64,000 nt of DNA from Candidatus Aegiribacteria sp. GTDB lineage: Bacteria; Fermentibacterota; Fermentibacteria; Fermentibacterales; JCC-6. The stretch spans positions 1,127 through 65,126 of the forward strand of contig JAUVEU010000008.1 in assembly GCA_030594645.1 (NCBI GenBank). The letters are read 5' to 3'. A model generated the notes under the pieces. It searched no databases. It had not been told where the DNA came from and was given only the letters and a program-made list of their open reading frames with translations. Shown piece after piece: positions 48,085 to 61,844 of the stretch (position 1 is its first letter; each line of letters begins with the position of its first letter). A program made the translations under genes and the position numbers.

Positions 48085-48930
48085 ATGACGAGAATGTTCA
48101 AACAACTGGAAGATATCAATAGCCGGCCAGAGCCATTTGAGTTCTACACAGCGGCAGATTTGTGGAACGACGATCACACCTCTCAGCAAATGCTCGCGTA
48201 CCATCTCAATACCGATATCGATGTGTCATCTCGGCGAGGTGCACTCATTGATCAATCAGTCGAATGGATTGAATCGCACTTCAGCGTCGGAACTGACACC
48301 CGGATCGCCGATTTCGGCTGCGGCCCAGGACTCTACGCAAGCAGACTGGCAAAGCTCGGCGCAAGCGTGACGGGTATTGACTTCTCGGCGCAGTCAATTG
48401 AACACGCGAGGGATGAGGCTGAGCAGTCGGGCCTGTCCATCGAATACATCAATCAGAACTACCTTGATTTCGAAACGGAAGACCGTTTCGACATTATCTT
48501 GATGATCATGTGCGACTTCTGCGCACTAAGCCCTTCGCAGCGAATGGCTTTGCTCACAAAGTTCCACTCTATCCTCTCGCCAGATGGGTCTGTCCTTCTC
48601 GACGTCTATTCCCTGAATGCGTTCAAGCAACGCGAGGAAGCGGCCTCATATGGAGAGAATCTGCTCAACAGTTTCTGGTCCGCAGAGAAATACTACGGAT
48701 TCCTGAGCAGTTTCAAGTACGAGGAAGTAAAGGTGGTATTGGACAAGTATACCATCGTTGAAGCGGAGCGAACACGAACTGTCTACAACTGGCTGCAATA
48801 CTTCTCTTCCGAGTCGCTGCAGAGCGAGTTTGAGAAGGCTGGTTTCGCACAGCATGCGTTTTACAGTGACGTTGCAGGCACACCCTTTGATGAGTCTGGC
48901 TCTGAGTTTGCTATTGTTGGAAAGAAATGA
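48085..48930 (+). CDS. Class I SAM-dependent methyltransferase.
   Basis: ADFGCGPGLYA motif I. Confidence 0.75.
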   Translation: MTRMFKQLEDINSRPEPFEFYTAADLWNDDHTSQQMLAYHLNTDIDVSSRRGALIDQSVEWIESHFSVGTDTRIADFGCGPGLYASRLAKLGASVTGIDFSAQSIEHARDEAEQSGLSIEYINQNYLDFETEDRFDIILMIMCDFCALSPSQRMALLTKFHSILSPDGSVLLDVYSLNAFKQREEAASYGENLLNSFWSAEKYYGFLSSFKYEEVKVVLDKYTIVEAERTRTVYNWLQYFSSESLQSEFEKAGFAQHAFYSDVAGTPFDESGSEFAIVGKK

Positions 48931-49068
48931 CCAGGAAAACCTGACACCTCTGCAAAACTGGGAACAGGGCAGACGAAAGCCAGAAGGACCAGCAAAAGTT
49001 TTGTTGTGTATTGCATCAACAAATCCAAAATCTGTGCTTGATGCGCTTCATGCAGAATAGAAGGAATA

Positions 49069-49923
49069 TTATCTGACACTGATCAAGGATTTGTTCTCAA
49101 ATGAAAACATCTTCTTCCCTATAACAACCAGACAGCCAGCTATCGCGATTGTCATAAGAATGGACTCCTCAGGGCCGAATCCGCCCCATGGAGGCCTGAT
49201 AACCGGTCTGAACAATGATGGCAGCATCGTATGGCCGCTCACGCTCCACCCGAACACCATTCCCGTAACCAGATTCCAGAGCCAGTGAATAAGTATTGGG
49301 TAAACAAGTCCGTTTGACAGGAACCTGATCAATCCGAAGAGAACACCCACCAGGAAGATATTCAGTATCCCTGGAACTGACACACAATCGTTAGTCACAT
49401 GAAGATATGCGAAGATTACAGAAGAGAACAGGAGCCCGACAATCCGTTTCCCTCTGAAGCTCAGTACATCGAGAAAGAAACCCCTGCAGATGACCTCCTC
49501 ATTCGCTGCCAGCAGCAGAAGAGCCATTGCGAATTGGAACCACCCGAAGTTAAAGCCTATGTATTCCAGACCTGTACGGACAGCGATAATCAGAAATGGA
49601 CAGAACAGGATAAAAGTTACGGCTGCAACAACCGAACTGTTATCAGCACCAAGTTTTTGAGTCACTCCAGGCACAAGTCTCCACAGAGGCAGCAGAACCG
49701 CAAGAGCAAGGAAAGCTGCAACGGCGATGTTAAGGATATCGTTTTCTATGAAACCCAGAAATAAAGACAGCATCCCCTGGACTGTGACCCACAGGAGAAA
49801 TCCCGCAAATGCTATTCCAATTCGATAAAAGGGTCTACTCTTATTAGAACAAACCCTGTTAATGAACTTCTCCTCCTGATGAAATCTGCTTTCACAGGAG
49901 TCATGTCCTGCAGCATGAATCAT
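49069..49923 (-). CDS. CPBP (CAAX) family intramembrane metalloprotease.
   Basis: EEVICRGF, FAYLH and HWLWN motifs in TM helices. Confidence 0.7.
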   Translation of the reverse strand: MIHAAGHDSCESRFHQEEKFINRVCSNKSRPFYRIGIAFAGFLLWVTVQGMLSLFLGFIENDILNIAVAAFLALAVLLPLWRLVPGVTQKLGADNSSVVAAVTFILFCPFLIIAVRTGLEYIGFNFGWFQFAMALLLLAANEEVICRGFFLDVLSFRGKRIVGLLFSSVIFAYLHVTNDCVSVPGILNIFLVGVLFGLIRFLSNGLVYPILIHWLWNLVTGMVFGWSVSGHTMLPSLFRPVIRPPWGGFGPEESILMTIAIAGCLVVIGKKMFSFENKSLISVR

Positions 49924-49924
49924 T

Positions 49925-50689
49925 TCATGAAGAGTATTCAGGCACCGCGTTTATAATATCCATAAAGCTGCCTGCATCCAGACTTGCACCCCCGACAAGA
50001 GCTCCGTTAACCGAAGGTTTGGAGAGAATTGTGGCGGCATTAGAAGATTTAACGCTTCCTCCATACTGGATACGCAGGTTGTCAGCGAATTCCTGCCCTA
50101 TGATAGAGGATACCCACTCCCTGATCAGAGAATGCATTCTTTCCGCTTCTTCAGGTGTTGCCGTGAGTCCTGTGCCTATTGCCCATACAGGTTCGTATGC
50201 AATGACGAAGTTTTCGGGCGAAATATTATCCAGTTCATCAAGAGCGAACTTAATCTGCCTCCTGACAACTATCTCCGTTTGATCGGTTTCCCGTTCAGTT
50301 TGGAGCTCGCCTACGCAGAGTATGCCTTTGAGGCCGCATTTCAGCCCCGCTTCAAGTTTTTTCCTCACAATTTCGTCTGTCTCACCAAGAACATGCCTTC
50401 GCTCGCTGTGACCGGCGATAAACCAGGTAGATCCGGATTCTTTAAGCATTTCAGGACTTATCTCGCCGGTGAAAGCACCTTTTTCCAACCAGAACAGATC
50501 CTGTCCACCGGTTTCTATTCCGGCGTCAGAAGCCGATTCGGCAAGTAAGGGTATAAGAGTGAAAGGAGGAAATAAGACAATATCAGCTGAAGCGACAAGT
50601 GAGCCAAGCTTCTTCATTTCATCGATAAACAGCATACCGCTTTCATAGGAACCGTTCATCTTCCAGTTACCGCCAATTATCTGCCTCAC
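49925..50689 (-). CDS. tpiA: Triosephosphate isomerase.
   Basis: IGGNWKMNGS and AYEPVWAIGTG. Confidence 0.9.
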   Translation of the reverse strand: MRQIIGGNWKMNGSYESGMLFIDEMKKLGSLVASADIVLFPPFTLIPLLAESASDAGIETGGQDLFWLEKGAFTGEISPEMLKESGSTWFIAGHSERRHVLGETDEIVRKKLEAGLKCGLKGILCVGELQTERETDQTEIVVRRQIKFALDELDNISPENFVIAYEPVWAIGTGLTATPEEAERMHSLIREWVSSIIGQEFADNLRIQYGGSVKSSNAATILSKPSVNGALVGGASLDAGSFMDIINAVPEYSS

Positions 50690-50695
50690 GACACA

Positions 50696-53953
<3,258 letters not shown>

Positions 53954-53983
53954 TACTTACCTCCAATTTGTTCGTATACTGAC

Positions 53984-54760
53984 TTACTTATTCTCACTTT
54001 GCTTCAACAATTTCAAGGCCAGTTTCTTCATCTCCGGTATCGAGAGAGACTGACCTCCATCGGACAAAGCTTTATCCGGATCAGGATGCACTTCAAGCAT
54101 GATGCCGTCTGCCCCCGCCGCCAGACCAGCAAGAGATAGCGGTTCAAGCAAATCTCTCCTTCCGGATGCATGACAGGGATCAACTATGACAGGATATCCG
54201 CCCAGCATTCGAGCAAGAGGGACAGCGGAAATATCCAGAGTGTTTCTTGTCCATGTTTCAAAAGTCCTGATTCCACGTTCACATAGCACGATCCTGTCGT
54301 TTCCCTCTTTCACCATATATTCAGCAGCCATAAGCCATTCCTCTATCGTGGCCATAAATCCCCGTTTGAGAAGTATAGGCATATCGGTTTTACCCAGCGC
54401 GGACAGTAAAGAAAAGTTATGCATGTTTCTGGCGCCAACCTGGAGCATATCAGCGTGCTCAATAGCAAGTTCGATCTGATGAATTGCCATTACTTCGGTA
54501 ACAACCGGTATTTTGAATTCTTTTCCAACTGCATGGAGAAGCTTAAGACCTTCCAGACCAAGTCCCTGAAAGGAATAGGGGGAAGTTCTCGGTTTGAAGG
54601 AACCACCTCTGAGTATCGATACACCTGCTTCAACAACGGCTCCGGCAACTTCTCTAAGCATCCCGACATTTTCGACGGAACATGGTCCGGCGATCAGGAT
54701 GGGGTTTCCCGTGCCTATATGGACATCTCCTACGGTTACAGATCTGATGTCCAAGTTCAC
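53984..54760 (-). CDS. aroF: 3-deoxy-7-phosphoheptulonate (DAHP) synthase, class I-beta unadorned type.
   Basis: IAGPCSVEN, GGSFKPRTSPYSFQG, ILCERGIRTFE and GADGIMLEVHPDP. Confidence 0.75.
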   Translation of the reverse strand: MNLDIRSVTVGDVHIGTGNPILIAGPCSVENVGMLREVAGAVVEAGVSILRGGSFKPRTSPYSFQGLGLEGLKLLHAVGKEFKIPVVTEVMAIHQIELAIEHADMLQVGARNMHNFSLLSALGKTDMPILLKRGFMATIEEWLMAAEYMVKEGNDRIVLCERGIRTFETWTRNTLDISAVPLARMLGGYPVIVDPCHASGRRDLLEPLSLAGLAAGADGIMLEVHPDPDKALSDGGQSLSIPEMKKLALKLLKQSENK

Positions 54761-56418
54761 CCCTTTCCAAGTTCATTGATTATGAATCTGATGATTTCTC
54801 TCATCGAACTGTCAGCAACCGGACCGGGGTTATGACCCACGGCGTTGTCCTCCTGATCATCAACCCAGGTCGGATCAAAACCTCCTCCGATTTCTCCCAT
54901 CAATTCAGCCCTGTTATTAATAAGACGAACAAGTTCAACATCTGATCTGAGAAGTTCACTTCTATAGTCAGGAACTATCTCTCTGGTTTCCACTGATTTT
55001 CTATCTATTTTTCCGCTGGCTGTTCTGGGTAATCCGTACACGAAATTGATAAGTCTCGGTATTTTGTGTTCATCAAGGAATTCTCGGAGAAAACTTCGCA
55101 TACCGGCAACGTTCAGCTCGATACCCGACCGGGGTACAATATATGCGGCAGGCATCTCACCGCGAGTAGGGTGATCCCTTCCAACTACACACACGTCCAC
55201 AATTCCGGGGTGTTTCAGTATTGCCAGCTCGACCTCGAGGGGGTACACTTTCAGTCCGGCGGCTTTTATCAATCCTCCACGTCGTCCCAGAAAGACCAGA
55301 CGATCATCCTCTTTTCTGAACATATCACCGGTACGGTACCATCCATCCACGAAATACTCCTCGGTCTGAGGTCGATCCCCCAGATACCGGGTAACTACTC
55401 CGGGGCCTGAAATCCATAACTCGCCTTTGCAGTCTCCTTCCAGGATTTCCCCTGTGAGATCGCGAAGTTCAGCAGCATATCCGTCAACAACAGAAGTGAA
55501 TCCGGATGAATCATATTGTCCCGTAAGTACTACTCCTGCTGTTTCTGTACTTCCCCAGACAGGAATCAGTTTAACACCTGTCCTCTCGGTGAAAATACTG
55601 ACAAACTCATCAGATACATACATCCCTCCGGCTTCAGCAATTCTGACCCCGGAGAGATCAGCGTCAGTTCTTTTCCAGAGACGAGACAGGCTTCCAAGCT
55701 GTGTAGGGAGAGCCATAACAGCGGTAATATGACTTCCGGATATCACTTGAAGCAGATCCCGGGGGTATCTTCGTTCAGTCAGTACTGTCTTTCCTCCGAG
55801 ATAAAGACCCCTCATGAAAAGCTCATGGGGATGACCGAATACACCGAACAGTGAAATATGAGTATCATCATGATCAAGCCCCAGGGTTCTGCAGACGCCC
55901 TTTGTATTCGCAAGCAGCTGGCGGTGAGTAGTCGGTGCGATTTTCGCCTGACCGGTGGAGGCGGAAGTTACATTGAGATAAAACTCCTCATCCTCACTGA
56001 TTTCCGGAAGAGAACAGGGTATTTCATGACCTTCGAATACGTCTTCATCAACAAAGAGGATATCTTCATCGGGCAGTTCTAAAGCGGTACTCTCAAATCC
56101 GGTAAGCACGAGCCGGTCGGACCATCTTCCGAATACTCTCTCTCTCTCCTGTACCGGCCAGCCTGGATTAAGAGATACGAATCTTGCCCCGATCATTGAT
56201 ACTGCGGCAAAAGCGCACGGGAGCAGAGCTGATCGATCTGACACAACGCCGATCACGTATCCAGGCTTTGCACCGGCTCTTTGAAGAAGACAGGCTATGT
56301 TAGAGGATACCCGTAACCAGTCGGAATAGGTCAGTTTTCGTCTGTCATCCTCAAGGGCAACATTATCGGGTAATCTTGCTGCCATGGTCTCAAGCAATTC
56401 ATGTAAGGTACCCGGCAT
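54757..56418 (-). CDS. AMP-dependent synthetase/ligase (ANL superfamily, acyl/aryl-CoA ligase-like).
   Basis: TSASTGQAKI AMP motif and C-terminal ASGKIDRK. 4-nt overlap with the DAHP synthase gene. Confidence 0.7.
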   Translation of the reverse strand: MPGTLHELLETMAARLPDNVALEDDRRKLTYSDWLRVSSNIACLLQRAGAKPGYVIGVVSDRSALLPCAFAAVSMIGARFVSLNPGWPVQERERVFGRWSDRLVLTGFESTALELPDEDILFVDEDVFEGHEIPCSLPEISEDEEFYLNVTSASTGQAKIAPTTHRQLLANTKGVCRTLGLDHDDTHISLFGVFGHPHELFMRGLYLGGKTVLTERRYPRDLLQVISGSHITAVMALPTQLGSLSRLWKRTDADLSGVRIAEAGGMYVSDEFVSIFTERTGVKLIPVWGSTETAGVVLTGQYDSSGFTSVVDGYAAELRDLTGEILEGDCKGELWISGPGVVTRYLGDRPQTEEYFVDGWYRTGDMFRKEDDRLVFLGRRGGLIKAAGLKVYPLEVELAILKHPGIVDVCVVGRDHPTRGEMPAAYIVPRSGIELNVAGMRSFLREFLDEHKIPRLINFVYGLPRTASGKIDRKSVETREIVPDYRSELLRSDVELVRLINNRAELMGEIGGGFDPTWVDDQEDNAVGHNPGPVADSSMREIIRFIINELGKG

Positions 56419-57552
56419 TTATTCCTGTTTCTCTCCGCATTCAGGGCAGAACTGGGAATCGGCAGGCATGTCTTTATTGCATTTCACGCATTTTTTCCCG
56501 CTGCCGATTTTACCACCGCATTCAGGACAGAACTTGGACCCGGGCGGGATTATCTTACCACAGCCCGGACATGTGACGCCCATTGGTTTTCCGCACTCAG
56601 GACAGAATTTGCCCGCAGGCACATTCTTACCGCAGGATGGACAGGATACCAGTGCGGCACCTCCCGCAGCAGCTCCATCGCTCTGGCCATCACCCATTCC
56701 CATGCTCTTACCCATCATATTCGCCATTGTCATGCCCATGCCCAGTCCGGCACCCATTCCGACTCCTGCTCCTGCGGCTCCGCCTCCGCCTTCGCCCGAA
56801 GCTGCGTCACCCATTGCAGTAGCTGTCTTGAAACGCATGTACTGGTCCATATTACCAAGCGCGGCCATGGCGCTCCGTTCATCTATTCGCTCCTGGACTT
56901 CCTCGGGAGGTGTAATAGCCTGAACATAGAAATCAACAAGCTGTATTCCGTATTTCCCGAAGTCATCTCCCATCCTGGCTTTGGCCAGTGTACCTATTTC
57001 ATCGTAGTAACTGGCAAGATCAAAGATACTCTCAATCGTTTCGCCAAGGAGATCAGCCAGACGTGAGATAATCATACCCTTGAGGAACCCCTCGATCTCA
57101 TCCGTTGTGAATCTTCCCTCGGTGCCGACGAGCTTATTGATGAACAGCTGGCTCTGCTCGACCTTCAGGGAAAAACTGCCGAATGCTCTGAGTCGAACAA
57201 TGGACAGTTCTTTATCTCTGAAAATGATGGGTTCCTTCGTTCCCCACTTCAAATTGGTAAATGTCTTCTTGGCTACAAAGTACGCTTCAGACCTGAATGG
57301 CGAATCCTTCCCCTCGAAAAGCGTGCTGACCACACCGGTGAGAAGCGGAATATTCTCAGTCGTGATCGTATGCCTTCCCGGTCCGAACACATCCATGGCT
57401 TTTCCATCACGGAAGAAGACACAATCCTGATTCTCCCTGACGACAAGTTGACTGCCAAGGCGAAACTCCCCTGAACCACTTTCCGGAATCCTGTGGACAA
57501 TATCCCTGCCACCTTCATCCAGATATTCGATAATCTCCAGTTTTTTGAACAT
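56419..57552 (-). CDS. SPFH/Band-7 (YdjI-like, Band_7_1) domain protein fused to a Gly/Met-rich linker and three C-terminal zinc ribbons.
   Basis: SPFH-like N-terminus of about 250 aa, then CPSCG..CPECG, CPGCG..CPECG and CVKCN..CPECG. Confidence 0.6.
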   Translation of the reverse strand: MFKKLEIIEYLDEGGRDIVHRIPESGSGEFRLGSQLVVRENQDCVFFRDGKAMDVFGPGRHTITTENIPLLTGVVSTLFEGKDSPFRSEAYFVAKKTFTNLKWGTKEPIIFRDKELSIVRLRAFGSFSLKVEQSQLFINKLVGTEGRFTTDEIEGFLKGMIISRLADLLGETIESIFDLASYYDEIGTLAKARMGDDFGKYGIQLVDFYVQAITPPEEVQERIDERSAMAALGNMDQYMRFKTATAMGDAASGEGGGGAAGAGVGMGAGLGMGMTMANMMGKSMGMGDGQSDGAAAGGAALVSCPSCGKNVPAGKFCPECGKPMGVTCPGCGKIIPPGSKFCPECGGKIGSGKKCVKCNKDMPADSQFCPECGEKQE

Positions 57553-57575
57553 TTGTCTGCTAACCTTTCTTCGAT

Positions 57576-58100
57576 CTAATCAATCGGCTTATTTTTCTCA
57601 AGATCAATCATGAGTTCACTTCTGGAAGCCATCTTGTTACTGAATTCTATCAGAATATCAACTGATTTTCCGATAGCTTCCTTCATATCTGATCCAGCGG
57701 CTGCAGCAGCTTCAAGTACACTGACTGCCTCTTCAAGTTCTTCAATATTTTCCATAAGTCCAACATCAAACGCGTAGAGCTTGTCCAGCTCGTTCTCGCG
57801 GACTTTATGCATATCGAACCACCCTCGATAGCCTCTGACAGCAAAACGGATCTCGTCAGTTACTTTTTCAATCTTTTTAATAACTCTGTCAATATCGGTC
57901 ACGGACGACAGAGCAGAGGGACCTTTAAGACCGGCAGGTATCTCGTTCACTCTGATCCTGAGCTGATCGAGTTTAGCAGTAAGCCCTGATCGGAAAAGCT
58001 GATCATTGTCCCGGCGTTCTTCTTTCCGTTTGTATCCCTTATACCCCGGAATCAGTCGGATTGCCTTTTCCAGAAAGCCCAGACTTCTTTCTTCACTCAT
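57576..58100 (-). CDS. Hypothetical coiled-coil protein, immediately upstream partner of the SPFH gene.
   Basis: Charged heptad-like sequence and no TM. 23-nt gap to the SPFH gene. Confidence 0.35.
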   Translation of the reverse strand: MSEERSLGFLEKAIRLIPGYKGYKRKEERRDNDQLFRSGLTAKLDQLRIRVNEIPAGLKGPSALSSVTDIDRVIKKIEKVTDEIRFAVRGYRGWFDMHKVRENELDKLYAFDVGLMENIEELEEAVSVLEAAAAAGSDMKEAIGKSVDILIEFSNKMASRSELMIDLEKNKPID

Positions 58101-58182
58101 CTTCTATCCTTTCTCTAAAATGAATGTGAATCATATATTTTCATGCATTATAAGAATAAAACCAAAGCGTTCTGTCAATCCA

Positions 58183-59181
58183 TCACCTGTCAGGCACTGA
58201 TCTGATGTTCGCGAGATGTCCTGAGTGCGAATTCGCGAAGAGATGCCGTCCGGTACCGTCCTCCATACTGACAAAATACAGGTATCCGGAAGTGGTATCA
58301 GGATTGAAAGCAGCGGATATCGAACTCCCGCCTGGAGAACAGATCGGTCCCGGAGGTAATCCTGTAATGCGATACGTGTTGTATGGACTGTCAATTTCAA
58401 GATCTCTATACAGAAGCACTTCTCTTACCTCTCCTATAGCATACTGCACTGTGGCGCAGCTTTCCAGTTTCATGCCCCGTCTTATTCTTGAGAGGAATAC
58501 ACCGGAAATAACCGCCCTTTCATAGTCAACCTTTGCTTCCCTCTCAACGATAGAAGCAAGAATGATTGTCTCATGAACACTGAGACCTGAACTCTCCAGA
58601 AGCTCAGCCCTGTCTGCCGGCCATCTGGAAATCCCTGTTTCAACTATCCTCCTTAGAACCTGCTCAGCCATCAGAGAATCAGCGAACTCGTATGTCTCAG
58701 GGAAAAGATATCCTTCAAGAGCAGGCAGATTCAATGATGACAGAAAGGATGAATCCCGCGACAGGCTGTCCAGCAGAATTCGATTGAAACCAAGGCTGTC
58801 AGCCAATACATCCAGAGATTGCTCAAGAGTCAGAGCAGGTGCAAGTGTAACCCAGTTTGTTTCAACAGGTATGACGTCTCCATTTGCGAGTATGAAAAGA
58901 ATCGAATCAGCAGACATACTGTCCGTGATATGATAAATACCAGCCTGCAATGATGGAGAGTTATGCACCTGCGAGTATCTCCAGAGGAAATAGACCGGAC
59001 ATCGAATAAGCTCAGAATCCGCCAGTGTTTCAGCGATCTGCCTGACTCCCCATCCTCTCTCTACCGTAAAAACGCAATCTTTACCGTTACCAGACGGACT
59101 TCCGCACCATTTGATGAGTATCAGGCCGGTAATAATCAGAATAATCAAACCGAGGATAACTAAACCAGCAGCACGTTTCAT
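58183..59181 (-). CDS. mltG: Endolytic murein transglycosylase MltG (YceG).
   Basis: N-terminal TM, then YceG-like domain motifs. Confidence 0.8.
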   Translation of the reverse strand: MKRAAGLVILGLIILIITGLILIKWCGSPSGNGKDCVFTVERGWGVRQIAETLADSELIRCPVYFLWRYSQVHNSPSLQAGIYHITDSMSADSILFILANGDVIPVETNWVTLAPALTLEQSLDVLADSLGFNRILLDSLSRDSSFLSSLNLPALEGYLFPETYEFADSLMAEQVLRRIVETGISRWPADRAELLESSGLSVHETIILASIVEREAKVDYERAVISGVFLSRIRRGMKLESCATVQYAIGEVREVLLYRDLEIDSPYNTYRITGLPPGPICSPGGSSISAAFNPDTTSGYLYFVSMEDGTGRHLFANSHSGHLANIRSVPDR

Positions 59182-59561
59182 GGCTGCCCCAGATACCGTT
59201 TGAGTATAACCGCCGCAGCCAGAGAATCCCGTTTTCCATCTCTGCGATCATTTTTCATCTGCGCTATTGCTTCTTTCGTTGAGCCGGTCTCTCTCATGAG
59301 TTCTACTTCAAACCCTTCACGTCCGAGATATTCAGCCAGCCGCTCCACCTCAATGGACAGCTCAGTCGGTTTTCCAGAAGGGGTAAGCGGAAGCCCGAGA
59401 ACCACTGTACCGCAATCGTATTTGCTCTGCAGAGTTCTTATCCTCTCCGCGATCATTGTCCAGGTTGTATCCAGCAGAGGATCCTGCGGTAGAACAACAC
59501 CGGAGAGACATATAGCAAAACCGGTTCTCTTTCTTCCGTAATCAACCGCTATTTCAGACAA
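59178..59561 (-). CDS. ruvX: Putative pre-16S rRNA nuclease/Holliday junction resolvase RuvX (YqgF).
   Basis: IAVDYGRKRTGFAI...VLGLPL. Confidence 0.8.
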   Translation of the reverse strand: MSEIAVDYGRKRTGFAICLSGVVLPQDPLLDTTWTMIAERIRTLQSKYDCGTVVLGLPLTPSGKPTELSIEVERLAEYLGREGFEVELMRETGSTKEAIAQMKNDRRDGKRDSLAAAVILKRYLGQP

Positions 59562-61283
59562 TTAAAAATCTCTCTTCTTAAGACTTCGGTAACCAATTCT
59601 TAGAGAAATAAACATTACAACACCTGTTACGATACCAAGAATAATCAGAGCAACAGCCATAGGTTCTATCAGCGCCTGCTCAGATCCGCCTGCGGGAAGA
59701 GCACTGCGAATTGTCATACCCAGCACAGACACCGCAAAGAGAACATAACCCATGGATGCGCATGCGGCGATTATCCCTCCATGACCACTTGCGATGCTTG
59801 CTGCGCTGCCTTTGTCAAAACGGGGAAACACCGCGCCAAGGCAGGTATTGATGTTGACCAGAGCAACGCACATCAGCCCCAGAGCGATAGTTGAAGAAAC
59901 AACAAGCACGGTCCCGGCACCGATTGCGATTGTAGACCATATACCGATTCCAATGATAAAAGGAGTAATGAAAAGGAATGACTCAAGTAATTTTGATTCC
60001 AGCAGCATCTTTCTTCCTGCAGGAAGCTGCAGGATGTAACTGATACCGTTACCCTCAAGGCTGATTGCAGGAAATGTGAATCTTACGAGAATAGTAGCAG
60101 TCACAAAGCAGGAAAAGGAGAAATTCAGGTAAACAACAATCGATCTCCAGAGAGGATTGCTTACGTCCATTGGGAATCTGTTTATGTTGAATGCGTAAAC
60201 TATGAACAGTCCTCCCAATAGAAGAAGCTGACTCCATTGGACAGGATCCCGCAGGAAAACAAGGATATCCTTCTGAAGCATTGTCATGAATTTGCCGCGG
60301 GAACGCAGCAGCAGCGAACTGCTTCTCCTTCTCGAAGAAACAGAGGATACGGCAGAGAACCGTTTTCTGAACCCGGGACAGATAATGATATAAGCCAGGA
60401 GCATTGCAAGAGCTGATTCAAGGATCAGGATACCGGCATTCTTAAGAGCTTCCAGCCAGATTCCGCTATTAACCGAGGATACGGCATTTCCAAAAAGGAT
60501 ATGAGGCCAGAACCGGCCGCCGGCTACAGGAAGATCAGCAACGAATTTATGAACTGCTTCCAGCGCGGTTGCTTCTTCGGCAACTATACCCTCGGGCCCT
60601 GAGCTTTTCAGAACAAGATAGATACCGGCAGAAACTACTAATCCAAGAAGTAAGGCTGCTCTCCAGAGTTTACCGCTGCTCTGACTCATTCGAATTGATA
60701 CTCCAAGAAGAATAGTACCGGATGAAACCCATACAGTCAGCAGAAACGGAAACATAGCAAGAGCAATGACAGAGGAAAGCAGGTTGTATTCAAGCGAAAC
60801 ATTAAATGCGATTAAAATCGGAATTCCAAGGAGAATCGTAGCCCATCCCGCATTGAACCAGCTCTCAATCATTCGGAAAAACGCAACCATCCTGGCCCGA
60901 ACGGGAAGGGTAAGCAGCAGGGAAGTCTCCCCGGATCTGAACATGGCGGAGACTCCGCTGATGAAAGAAGAGATGCCTATAAAGATTCCAATCGACATGA
61001 AGGTCATTCCAAGAAGCCTCTGAGCAAGGGCAATACCAAAACCGGCAAAGGTGCTTTCAAGGCTGTAGATATATGAAAACAGGAAATGAAACAGTAAATA
61101 AATACCAGGCATGAGAATGGATAGTGTAATACCTGCTGCAATAAGCTTCAGCCTGTTATCTTCCCACTCTGAAGCAGCTGCTCCCCGGAGGGAATTAATC
61201 CTGATTGTGAATAACAGTTCTGCTTTTGAATACATACTTAAAGATACTATTCCCCCCCTCGGATTAACAATACGTGCATTCAC
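59562..61283 (-). CDS. Polytopic membrane protein (putative ABC-exporter-type permease-like, 12+ TM).
   Basis: Hydrophobicity pattern only. No ATPase partner in the window. Confidence 0.35.
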   Translation of the reverse strand: MNARIVNPRGGIVSLSMYSKAELLFTIRINSLRGAAASEWEDNRLKLIAAGITLSILMPGIYLLFHFLFSYIYSLESTFAGFGIALAQRLLGMTFMSIGIFIGISSFISGVSAMFRSGETSLLLTLPVRARMVAFFRMIESWFNAGWATILLGIPILIAFNVSLEYNLLSSVIALAMFPFLLTVWVSSGTILLGVSIRMSQSSGKLWRAALLLGLVVSAGIYLVLKSSGPEGIVAEEATALEAVHKFVADLPVAGGRFWPHILFGNAVSSVNSGIWLEALKNAGILILESALAMLLAYIIICPGFRKRFSAVSSVSSRRRSSSLLLRSRGKFMTMLQKDILVFLRDPVQWSQLLLLGGLFIVYAFNINRFPMDVSNPLWRSIVVYLNFSFSCFVTATILVRFTFPAISLEGNGISYILQLPAGRKMLLESKLLESFLFITPFIIGIGIWSTIAIGAGTVLVVSSTIALGLMCVALVNINTCLGAVFPRFDKGSAASIASGHGGIIAACASMGYVLFAVSVLGMTIRSALPAGGSEQALIEPMAVALIILGIVTGVVMFISLRIGYRSLKKRDF

Positions 61284-61361
61284 CGTGCGATTTTCTCGCC
61301 AGGATGGATGGACACTTAGGAATATTGCGGATAGATTACTTTAATCCTGAGGGAGAAGAAT

Positions 61362-61709
61362 ATGAAATGTCCTAACTGTGGAGCTCAAATTGGTGATTTC
61401 AAGGGTGAGACCTACGTATGCCAGTACTGCAGGTCAACATTCCACAAACACGAATTCGACTCCGGACGGCAAAGTGAATCTGATAACAGTACTCCTGTCA
61501 AGGAAATCCATCACTACCACCACCAGGAACCCCCTGACAGACTCTCCGCAGGCCTGGGATGCCTCTGTTTTATATTCTTTCCCATCGGATGGTTTATCTA
61601 CTTCCTGAACCGTGACTCTTCTCCAAAGAAAGCAAAAGCAGCCCTCATCATAGCTGTCATAATGACGCTTCTGATTATGATCGGTATTGCATCCGGAAAC
61701 GGTAATTGA
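61362..61709 (+). CDS. Small zinc-ribbon plus 2-TM membrane protein.
   Basis: CPNCG...CQYC followed by two hydrophobic helices. Confidence 0.5.
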   Translation: MKCPNCGAQIGDFKGETYVCQYCRSTFHKHEFDSGRQSESDNSTPVKEIHHYHHQEPPDRLSAGLGCLCFIFFPIGWFIYFLNRDSSPKKAKAALIIAVIMTLLIMIGIASGNGN

Positions 61710-61844
61710 TAGCACAACATCATACTTCCGAAAAAAATATCTGCTATACAGCATCAGGCGAATTCGAATAAATTGCAGCAAGATTACTCAGATTGACGAA
61801 CTGTACAGTATTATGCACATTACTGGACAGAATGGAGATACAGT

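Noticed and set aside
56384-56923. 179-aa plus-strand ORF with a Pro/Ala-rich low-complexity tail.
   Set aside because: It is the antisense frame of the Gly/Met-rich linker and zinc ribbons of the SPFH gene, so the low complexity is a mirror artefact.
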